A stretch of 64,000 bases of DNA, taken from assembly GCF_964204645.1 (NCBI RefSeq), contig NC_134031.1, positions 20,219,910 through 20,283,909 on the forward strand. Direction: 5' to 3'. Below, in pieces: positions 13,234 to 24,910 of the stretch. The stretch's first letter is position 1, and the number at the start of each line of letters is the position of its first letter. The stretch is from Tubulanus polymorphus. Taxonomy: Eukaryota > Animalia > Nemertea. The notes under the pieces are model-generated. The model worked only from the letters and a program-made list of their open reading frames with translations, was not told the DNA's origin and did not search any database. Both the position numbers and the translations under genes were made by a program.

Positions 13234-15740
13234 GTCGGTCGACTTACGATACGAGAATCAGCTGCAAATGGTCGCCTTAATCGACCACGACACAATCGTC
13301 AGCGAAGGCGTGCGACCAATCAGTCGCTAGAGCAGCATTTGTTAATTATGACGAGAATCGTGTCGCGATAAGTCACCGACAGCCGACCTCTCCCGCCTTA
13401 TAGTATATACGCTAGATTCGACTGATGTGGAGTCGATTGTAATTTGTCTTTCGCAATCGTTGATGTTAGATTTCGAGTATAATGAAATATTTGAATAAAT
13501 GAATGTTGTCGCGTATTCGGAAGAACATATAGAGTTGTGGTAGTAGTAATTGATATCGTAGTAAGTGTGACGCCAGTCGATTTTTCCATTCGTTTTGAAT
13601 TTGATGAACGATGTTTTATACGATAACCAGATCATTCTCATGTAGATAACGTATCGACTGTTTTAGCACAGTTTATAGAATCGTGTTAGCCATTATTCAC
13701 TGCTATACTGCCTGAGAAACGCACACTAATTCTGCAGGGGGCGGGGCGGGGTAGGGCTACATGTCATGTGGAATCTTGTCGAATAACGAAAATTTGGTAA
13801 ATGAACTCTTGAAGCCCTGGGCGCATAACGCATGGACACATGAAACGGGAACAAAAACGAGATCAAACATGTTCGATTCTGTGTGGGCTTGAGAAAAATT
13901 AGATTACGATCAACCCCCGATATACCGCCTCCCGATAAACTGCCACCCGCTGCTTAATACCAGGTTTCTTTCAGACACCGGATCATCTCTGATTCTATCT
14001 TTGAACTCGTGATATATATCGCAATACTCTCTATACCACCAACTGGGCAGCAGTTTATCAGAGTTTGACTGTTCATTCATACCGGTTCAGTATCGGTTCA
14101 TCGAATGGATATTCGGGTTTTAGAAAATATTTTTCTCTGGAGTAAGATGTTATGAGGTTCCAATGTAGTTGCTATGACCTACCGCTATGCTACCCGAGTT
14201 CGTTACGACATGTTCTACCGTTTCGTACCTGAACCGCTTACCCCACCAGATTCCCTCTCATGCTCCCGAAGCTGGTGGAATCAGGAATGTCTCACCAATG
14301 AATGATTTTTTTCTAGTGATTGAACAGCAATGATTTTTAAAGTGGTGTATCGATGTGTATTCAATATATACATGTATGTATTTTTCCAAGTATAGAGTTC
14401 TATGAATAACGTATTATTGTAAATGTAAATGAACTGATCTATATGAAAGTCATTTCGTGTATAGAAGGGAAATTGTATGTAAAATATGTATATACCGATA
14501 ATTGTTACATAATCTTGTGTATAATCATTTGACATAAGAGCGTATAAGTACATGTATTATATAGAAATGAATAAATATGATTAAAGATAAGTTAGTCTTG
14601 CACAGCCAAAAGCGGCGTCCATAGTTAGTAGTAAATATCGATTGTATCGTGGAAATAATGACGGATGAGAATTGAGAGAATATCACTAGTCCTGCGACCA
14701 CTCTGAATCTGTATCAGTAATTACTGGGTTTGAACCCGAGACACCCCTGTTCATCCTTTATCCAGCATCAGGACCACTCTGAATCACAGCAATTGATGGG
14801 TTTGAACCCGGGATACCCATGTACATCCTCTATTCAGCATCAGTACCACTCTGAATCAGCATCAATAATTACTGGTTTCGAACCCGGGACACCCCCGTAC
14901 ATCCTCTATTCAGCATCAGTACCACTCTGAATCAGTTATCAGTAATTAATTTTGTTAAGATATCAACATTAATTTACCGTACGGTGCTGCCTCTATGCTC
15001 ATCGTTAGCGGGATTTGTATAAACTAACGTTAGTCAACTCTGGCAAGCTAAGGTCACGGAGTATAACTCGACAGCACGTCGATTGCCAGAGTTGACTTTC
15101 GTTAGTGTATGAAAATCCCGCTAACGATGAGCATAGAGGCAGCACCGTACGGTTAAATGTTGATATCTTAACAAAAGTAATTACTGATAACTGATTCAGA
15201 GCGGTACTGATGCTGAATAGAGGATGTCCCGGGTTCGAACCCAGTAATTACTGATACTGAACCCGGTACACCCCTGTACATCCTCCATTCAGCATCAGGA
15301 CCACTCTGAATCAGTATCAGAAAATAATGGGTTTGAACCCGGTACACCCCTGTACATCCTCTATTCAGCATCAGGAACACTCTGAATCAGTATCAGTAAT
15401 TATTGGGTTTGAACCCGAGACACCCCTGTTCATCCTTTATCCAGCATCAGGACCACTCTGAATCACAGCAATTGATGGGTTTGAACCCGGGATACCCATG
15501 TACATCCTCTATTCAGCATCAGTACCACTCTGAATCAGCATCAATAATTACTGGTTTCGAACCCGGGACATCCCCGTACATCCTCTATTCAGCATCAGTA
15601 CCGTTCTGAATCAGTTATCAGTAATTACTTTTGTTAAGATATCAACATTTTACCGTACGGTGCTGCCTCTATGCTCATCGTTAGCGGGATTTGTATACAC
15701 TTACGTTAGTCAACTCTGGCAAGCTAAGGTCACGGAGTAT

Positions 15741-17083
15741 TTTATTTATAATTTATTTTAAAAACTCGCTAATAGATCGCCTAAACCAAGAAATCATGCT
15801 TCAACAAAACCTTCATATTTGGACTCTTAACAATGTACTTATACACCTGGATGCAAACGGACTGAACGTAGTAAACAGAATCACAATCGACACCATTAGC
15901 GTAGTCCATTAATTAAACCCAACGCCTTTTTTATTACTTACACCTACATATCCCGACTTTGACACTTGAGGTATGTTCTGATTTAGATCGAACAGGGATG
16001 ACGGTCTATCAATACGCATAGAACTGTCTGACCACTTTTGCTCTATATCATCACATACGCATTAGTTTATTAGTTTACTGTTTCTGATGTTTTGACTGTA
16101 AACTCAGTCTCATTGCCACGATAGCTGGAACGCTGCCTCCGTTTGTGACCTTAGGATAGCAAGCTCAGTCTATCTACGCGCAATGGTGACTGGAAAGTTG
16201 CCTCTTGACATCAGTCTCATTAAAAGCTACCAAAAACCTAATCGTGACAATGTAAATAAAATCCGATCAAGACTGTATATATGTAAGTGTTCAAACATGT
16301 ATTCAATATTCACGTGTCTGTGCCGCTTTCTTACTGACGGTCTATCAATACGCATAGCACTGTCCGTTTGATTGCGATACATTCACGGACCTAACTCACT
16401 GTATATTAGAAACACAAAACTGCTCCCAGTGTAAAACTTATACTTTTAGGCAAATTCAGCACCAGATGTGAAGTACCAACTGCGCACCCCTTGACGGAGA
16501 AACCCATCCTCATTGGAGCTGCACCGTCGATGTCATACAACTACACTTCGGATACCCCAGGGCCATACTCTCATCTGGAAAATTTGCGTTTCGAAATGTG
16601 CTTTCTTCCTATCTAGTCAACACGCGGGATCATCAACTTAGAGGACTTCTACATCAACATCTACCCGAGAAAAAACCACAATAAACTATCGGACTATTTA
16701 CACGTAGAAAACGACCAAAAAAATATAAAAATTGACAAAATGATCTTGTAATATAGCTATTTCCAGAATCTCATTGTATTAAATTAGGCTGCCAGAAAAA
16801 TTCATCCCAATCAGTCGCTTGCCGGTTCAGACTGAATGGAAGATTGTTTGGATGAACCGGAACCGAATTTCCAATTATTTACTTCGATTTTAAAATATTC
16901 TGTTAACTCGACCGCCGATCACACATCTATATCTGTACTTCGATTTCCGATTTCAAAATCAAACCCCCTGTTTCGCTCCCGGCAGGTGTGGTGGGTCTGT
17001 AAGGGACACTCAATCGAAAAATCAAACAAAATTTACCAGCCAAATAAATAAATAATGGGGAAAATCCCTATTTTAAGATCAAA
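15741..17083 (+). mobile_element. 1.34-kb insertion, probably a non-LTR retroelement of unassigned family, inside a hairpin loop
   Basis: 15-bp TSD aaggtcacggagtat at 15726-15740 and 17084-17098. The last ~190 bp is also found at ~28513-28699. Internal 30-bp direct repeat at 15999-16028 / 16335-16364. Confidence 0.8.
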
Positions 17084-20000
17084 AAGGTCACGGAGTATAA
17101 CTGGAAAGCACGTCGATTGCCAGAGTTGACTTAAGTTAGTGTACGAAAATCCCGCTAACGATGAGCATAGCGGCAGCACTGTACGGTCGGAACACCCCTG
17201 TACATCCTTTATTCAGCATCAGGACAACTCTGAATCAGTATCAGTAATTACTGGGTTTGAACCCGGGACACCCCTGTTCATCCTCTATTCAGCATCAGGA
17301 CCACTCTGAATCAGCATCAGTAATTACTGTGTTCGAACCCGGGAAACCCCGATAAATCCTCCATGCAGCATCAGGGCCACTCTGAATCAGTATCAGTAAT
17401 TACTGGGTTTGAACCCGGGACATCCCCATACATCCTCTATTCAGCATCAGTACCGCTCTGAATCAGTTATCAGTAATTACTTTTGTTAAAATATCAACAT
17501 TTACCGTACGGTGCTGCCTCTATGCTCATCGTTAGCGGGATTTTCATACACTAACTGAAGTCAACTCTGGCAATCGACGTGCTGTCCAGTTATCCTCCGT
17601 GACCTTAGCTTGCCAGAGTTGACTAACGTTAGTGTATACAAATCCCGCTAACGATGAGCATAGAGGCAGCACCGTACGGTAAAATGTTGATATCTTAAGA
17701 AAGGTAATTACTGATAACTGATACAGAGTGGTCCTGATCCTGAATAGAGGATGTACGGGGATGTCCCGGTTCGAACCCAGTAATTACTGATACTGAACCC
17801 GGTACACCCCTGTACATCCTCTATTCAGCATCAGTACCGCTCTGAATCAGTATCAGTAATTACTGGGTTTGAACCCGGGACACCCCTGTACATCCTCTAT
17901 TCAGCATCAGGACCACTCTGAATCAGTATCAGTAATTACTGGGTTTGAACCCGGGACACCCCTGTTCATCCTTTATCCAGCATCAGGACCACTCTGAATC
18001 ACAGCAATTGATGGGTTTGAACCCGGGATACCCATGTACATCCTCTATTCAGCATCAGTACCACTCTGAATCAGCATCAATAATTACTTTTGTTAAGATA
18101 TCAACATTTTACCGTACGGTGCTGCCTCTATGCTCATCGTTAGCGGGATTTGTATACACTAACGTTAGTCAACTCTGGCAAGCTAAGGTCACGGAGTATA
18201 ACTGGACATCACGTCGATTGCCAGAGTTGACTTCAGTTAGTGTATGAAAATCCCCCTAACGATGAGCATAGAGGCAGCACCGTACGGTAAAATGTTGATA
18301 TCTTAACAAAAGTAAATACTGATAACTGATTCAGAGCTGTACTGATGCGGAATAGAGGATGTACGGGGATGCCCCGGGTTCGAACCCAGTAATTACTGAT
18401 ACTGAACCCGGTACACCCCTGTACATCCTCCATTCAGCATCAGGACCACTCTGAATCAGTATCAGTAATTACTGGGTTTGAACCCGAGACACCCCTGTTC
18501 ATCCTTTATCCAGCATCAGGACCACTCTGAATCACAGCAATTGATGGGTTTGAACCTGGGATACCCATGTACATCCTTTATTCAGCATCAGTACCACTCT
18601 GAATCAGCATCAATAATTACTGGTTTCGAACCCGGGACATCCCCGTACATCCTTTATTCAGCATCAGTACCGCTCTGAATCAGTTATCAGTAATTACTTT
18701 TGTTAAGATATCAACATTTAACCGTACGGTGCTGCCTCTATGCTCATCGTTAGCGGGATTTGTATACACTAACGTTAGTCAACTCAAGCTAAGGTCACGG
18801 AGTATAACTGGACAGCACGTCGATTGCCAGAGTTGACTTTAGTTAGTGTATGAAAATCCCGCTAACGATGAGCATAGCGGCAGCACTGTACGGTCGGGAC
18901 ACACCTGTACATCCTTTATTCAGCATCAGGACAACTCTGAATCAGTATCAGTAATTACTGGGTATGAACCCGGGACACCCCTGTACATCCTCTATTCAGC
19001 ATCAGGACCACTCTGAATCACAGCAATTGATGGGTTTGAACCCGGGATACCCATGTACATCCTCTATTCAGCATCAGTACCACTCTGAATCAGCATCAAT
19101 AATTACTGATTTCGAAGCCGGGACATCCCCGTACATCCTTTATTCAGCATCAGTACCGCTCTGAATCAGTTATCAGTAATTACTTTTGTTAAGATATCAA
19201 CATTTTACCGTACGGTGCTGCCTCTATGCTCATCGTTAGCGGGATTTGTATACACTAACGTTAGTCAACTCTGGCAAGCTAAGGTCACGGAGTATAACTG
19301 GACATCACGTCGATTGCCAGAGTTGACTTTAGTTAGTGTATGAAAATCCCGCTAACGATGAGCATAGCGGCAGCACTGTACGGTCGGGACACACCTGTAA
19401 ATCCTTTATTCAGCATCAGGACAACTCTGAATCAGTATCAGTAATTACTGGGTATGAACCCGGGACACCCCTGTTCATCCTCTATTCAGCATCAGGACCA
19501 CTCTGAATCACAGCAATTGATGGGTTTGAACCCGGGATACCCATGTACATCCTCTATTCAGCATCAGTACCACTCTGAATCAGCATCAATAATTACTGGT
19601 TTCGAAGCCGGGACATCCCCGTACATCCTTTATTCAGCATCAGAACCGCTCTGAATCAGTTATCAGTAATTACTTTTGTTAAGATATCAACATTTTACCG
19701 TACGGTGCTGCCTCTATGCTCATCGTTAGCGGGATTTGTATACACTAACGTTAGTCAACTCTGGCAAGCTAAGGTCACGGAGTATAACTGGACATCACGT
19801 CGATTGCCAGAGTTGACTTTAGTTAGTGTATGAAAATCCCGCTAACGATGAGCATAGCGGCAGCACTGTACGGTCGGGACACACCTGTACATCCTTTATT
19901 CAGCATCAGGACAACTCTGAATCAGTATCAGTAATTACTGGGTATGAACCCGGGACACCCCTGTACATCCTCTATTCAGCATCAGGACCACTCTGAATCA

Positions 20001-21212
20001 CAGCAATTGATGGGTTTGAACCCGGGATACCCATGTACATCCTCTATTCAGCATCAGTACCACTCTGAATCAGCATCAATAATTACTGGTTTCGAAGCCG
20101 GGACATCCCCGTACATCCTTTATTCAGCATCAGTACCGCTCTGAATCAGTTATCAGTAATAACTTTTGTTAAGATATCAACATTTTACCGTACGGTGCTG
20201 CCTCTATGCTCATCGTTAGCGGGATTTGTATACACTAACGTTAGTCAACTCTGGCAAGCTAAGGTCACGGAGTATAACTGGACATCACGTCGATTGCCAG
20301 AGTTGACTTAAGTTAGTGTATGAAAATCCCGCTAACGATGAGCATAGAGGCAGCACCGTACGGTAAAATGTTGATATCTTAACAAAAGTAAATACTGATA
20401 ACTGATTCAGAGCGGTACTGATGCTGAATAGAGGATGTACGGGGATGCCCCGGGTTCGAACCCAGTAATTACTGATACTGAACCCGGTACACCCCTGTAC
20501 ATCCTCTATTCAGCATCAGTACCGCTCTGAATCAGTTATCAGTAATTACTTTTGTTAAGATATCAACATTTTACCGTACGGTGCTGCCTCTATGCTCATC
20601 GTTAGCGGGATTTGTATACACTAACGTTAGTCAACTCTGGCAAGCTAAGGTCACGGAGTATAACTGGACATCACGTCGATTGCCAGAGTTGACTTTAGTT
20701 AGTGTATGAAAATCCCGCTAACGATGAGCATAGCGGCAGCACTGTACGGTCGGGACACACCTGTACATCCTTTATTCAGCATCAGGACAACTCTGAATCA
20801 GTATCAGTAATTACTGGGTATGAACCCGGGACACCCCTGTACATCCTCTATTCAGCATCAGGACCACTCTGAATCACAGCAATTGATGGGTTTGAACCCG
20901 GGATACCCATGTACAGCCTCTATTCAGCATCAGTACCACTCTGAATCAGCATCAATAATTACTGGTTTCGAAGCCGGGACATCCCCGTACATCCTTTATT
21001 CAGCATCAGTACCGCTCTGAGTCAGTTATCAGTGATTACTTTTGTTAAGATATCAACATTTTACCGTACGGTGCTGCCTCTATGCTCATCGTTAGCGGGA
21101 TTTGTATACACTAATCACGATAGGTAGAACACAATATCCGTGTTGACGCGATGAGGAGAGAATCCCACAATGATAATAAAAAGTCCGAAAATGAAAACTT
21201 CGAGATAGTAGT

Positions 21213-21258
21213 TTATTCAACGTTTCGACTATATCCTAATAGTCATCTTCAGGAATAA
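21213..21258 (-). ncRNA. Minimal type I hammerhead ribozyme, mirror copy on the minus strand
   Basis: Exact reverse complement of 21266-21311. Confidence 0.8.
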
Positions 21259-21265
21259 ACATTCA

Positions 21266-21311
21266 TTATTCCTGAAGATGACTATTAGGATATAGTCGAA
21301 ACGTTGAATAA
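21266..21311 (+). ncRNA. Minimal type I hammerhead ribozyme (Penelope pLTR type)
   Basis: TTATTC-CTGAAGA-T-GACTAT(taggat)ATAGTC-GAAA-CG-TT-GAATAA: stem I ttattc/gaataa, CUGANGA and GAAA cores, 6-bp stem II, palindromic ACGT in place of stem III, GUU cleavage triplet. Confidence 0.8.
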
Positions 21312-24087
21312 ACTACTATCTCGAAGTTTTCATTTTCGGACTTTTTATTATCATTGTGGGATTCTCTCCTCATTGTATACACTAACGTTAGTCAACTCTG
21401 GCAAGCTAAGGTCACGGAGTATAACTGGACATCACGTCGATTGCCAGAGTTGACTTTAGTTAGTGTATGAAAATCCCGCTAACGATGAGCATAGCGGCAG
21501 CACTGTACGGTCGGGACACACCTGTAAATCCTTTATTCAGCATCAGGACAACTCTGAATCAGTATCAGTAATTACTGGGTTTGAACCCGGGACACCCCTG
21601 TACATCCTCTATTCAGCATCAGGACCACTCTGAATCACAGCAATTGATGGGTTTGAACCCGGGATACCCATGTACATCCTCTATTCAGCATCAGTACCAC
21701 TCTGAATCAGCATCAATAATTACTGGTTTCGAAGCCGGGACATCCCCGTACATCCTTTATTCAGCATCAGTACCGCTCTGAATCAGTTATCAGTAATTAC
21801 TTTTGTTAAGATATCAACATTTTACCGTACGGTGCTGCCTCTATGCTCATCGTTAGCGGGATTTGTATACACTAACGTTAGTCAACTCTGGCAAGCTAAG
21901 GTCACGGAGTATAACTGGACATCACGTCGATTGCCAGAGTTGACTTTAGTTAGTGTATGAAAATCCCGCTAACGATGAGCATAGCGGCAGCACTGTACGG
22001 TCGGGACACACCTGTACATCCTTTATTCAGCATCAGGACAACTCTGAATCAGTATCAGTAATTACTGGGTATGAACCCGGGACACCCCTGTACATCCTCT
22101 ATTCAGCATCAGGACCACTCTGAATCACAGCAATTGATGGGTTTGAACCCGGGATACCCATGTACATCCTCTATTCAGCATCAGTACCACTCTGAATCAG
22201 CATCAATAATTACTGGTTTCGAAGCCGGGACATCCCCGTACATCCTTTATTCAGCATCAGTACCGCTCTGAATCAGTTATCAGTAATAACTTTTGTTAAG
22301 ATATCAACATTTTACCGTACGGTGCTGCCTCTATGCTCATCGTTAGCGGGATTTGTATACACTAACGTTAGTCAACTCTGGCAAGCTAAGGTCACGGAGT
22401 ATAACTGGACATCACGTCGATTGCCAGAGTTGACTTAAGTTAGTGTATGAAAATCCCGCTAACGATGAGCATAGAGGCAGCACCGTACGGTAAAATGTTG
22501 ATATCTTAACAAAAGTAAGTACTGATAACTGATTCAGAGCGGTTCTGATGCTGAATAGAGGATGTACGGGGATGCCCCGGGTTCGAACCCAGTAATTACT
22601 GATACTGAACCCGATACACCCCTGTACATCCTCCATTCAGCATCAGTACCGCTCTGAATCAGTATCAGTAATTACTGGGTTTGAACCCGGGACACCCCTG
22701 TACATCCTCTATTCAGCATCAGGACCACTCTGAATCAGTATCAGTAATTACTGGGTTTGAACCCGGGACACCCCTGTTCATCCTTTATCCAGCATCAGGA
22801 CCACTCTGAATCACAACATTTGATGGGTTTGAACCCGGGATACCCATGTTCATCCTCTATTCAGCATCAGTACCACTCTGAATCAGCATCAATAATTACT
22901 GGTTTCGAACCCGGGACACCCCCGTACATCCTCTATTCAGCATCAGTACCGCTCTGAATCAGTTATCAGTAATTACTTTTGTTAAGATATCAACATTTTA
23001 CCGTACGGTGCTGCCTCTATGCTCATCGTTAGCGGGATTTGTATACACTAACGTTAGTCAACTCTGGCAAGCTAAGGTCACGGAGTATAACTGGACAGCA
23101 CGTCGATTGCCAGAGTTGACTTAAGTTAGTGTATGAAAATCCCGCGAACGATGAGCATAGCGGCAGCACCGTACGGTAAAATGTTGATATCTTAACAAAA
23201 GTAATTACTGATAACTGATTCAGAGCGGTACTGATGCTGAATAGAGGATGTACGGGGATGCCCCGGGTTCGAACCCAGTAATTACTGATACTGAACCCGG
23301 TACACCCCTGTACATCCTCCATTCAGCATCAGGACCACTCTGAATCAGTATCAGTAATTACTGGGTTTGAACCCGAGACACCCCTGTTCATCCTTTATCC
23401 AGCATCAGGACCACTCTGAATCACAGCAATTGATGGGTTTGAACCCGGGATACCCATGTACATCCTCTATTCAGCATCAGTACCACTCTGAATCAGCATC
23501 AATAATTACTGGTTTCGAACCCGGGACACCCCCGTACATCCTTTATTCAGCATCAGTACCTCTCTGAATCAGTTATCAGTAATTACTTTTGTTAAGATAT
23601 CAACATTTTACCGTACGGTGCTGCCTCTATGCTCATCGTTAGCGGGATTTGTATACACTAACGTTAGTCAACTCTGGCAAGCTAAGGTCACGGAGTATAA
23701 CTGGACAGCACGTCGATTGCCAGAGTTGACTTTAGTTAGTGTATGAAAATCCCGCTAACGATGAGCATAGCGGCAGCACTGTACGGTCGGGACACCCCTG
23801 TACATCCTTTATTCAGCATCAGGACAACTCTGAATCAGTATCAGTAATTACTGGGTATGAACCCGGGACACCCCTGTACATCCTCTATTCAGCATCAGGA
23901 CCACTCTGAATCACAGCAATTGATGGGTTTGAACCCGGAATACCCCTGTACATCCTCTATTCAGCATCAGGACCCCTCTGAATCAGTATCAGTAATTACT
24001 GGTTTCGAACCCGGGACACCCCTGTACATCCTCTATCCATCAGGACCACTCTGAATCACAGCAATTGATGGGTTTGAACCCTGTACA

Positions 24088-24910
24088 CAGCAAATTTTCT
24101 CAAAGCCAATGCTCCCATTGTTCTATTGGGCACCAAACACCGTCTTAAGTCCTTCGATCTTCAATCTTTATCTGTAGCTGGAGTCGACGTGCAAATTTCT
24201 CAGACTCCCATCCGAAATCTGGGCGTCATGTTTGATTCTGAACTATCGATGGTGCCGTTCGTTAGATCAATTCTAAAAAGCGGCTATTTTCATATCAGAA
24301 ATATTAGATTAGTTCGTAAAAGCCTTACGTTTGATGCTGCGAAATCCCTCACCCAGGCTCTAGTGTTATCTCGACTTGACTATTGTAATAGTCTGCTTGC
24401 AGGTATTTCAAACGATGCCATACAGAATCTTCAAAAGCTTCAAAATTGTGCTGCGCGACTCGTCGTTCGTTTACCGAAACATTCTCATATCACTCATGTA
24501 ATGCGCGAATTACACTGGTTGCCGGTTAAAGCCAGGATTGACTTCAAAGTTCTCATGTTGACTTTTAAAGCCCTTACAGATCGTGCACCAATGTATATTA
24601 GCGAGCTATTTCAGTACTACAAACCAACACGTTCTCTTCGATCCTCCGAAACATTCAGACTGGTTGAACCCTCCTTCAACCTCGCTAATTTCGGTAGTAG
24701 AGCTTTTTCGAGACAAGCACCGCGAACCTGGAACGCCATGATCTCTACATCCACTGTTCTCAACTTGACGCTGAATGAATTCAAATCCATGATCAAAACT
24801 CAACTATTCCATGCATACCTTGATGTTACCCTGGGGGAGCGCATTTGAACTTTGCTTTATCGCATGGTATTATCGCGCTATATAAATTTTATTATTATTA
24901 TCATTATTAT
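24088..24910 (+). mobile_element. 5'-truncated L2/CR1-group LINE (RT C-terminal part, ORF 24126-24848) with (ATT)n tail
   Basis: Motifs RNLGVMFDSELS, LVLSRLDYCNSLL, LQKLQNCAARLV, HITHVMRELHWLPVKARIDFK are typical of the L2/CR1 ORF2 C-terminus. 3' tail gcgctatataaattttattattatta. Possible taca TSD. Confidence 0.9.

Larger units (their letters stand above)
21115..21372. mobile_element. Penelope-like element remnant: inverted pair of pseudo-LTR fragments
   Basis: 13-bp TSD ttgtatacactaa (21102-21114, 21373-21385). Perfect 108-bp inverted repeat 21151-21258 / 21266-21373 carrying hammerhead cores. Confidence 0.8.
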
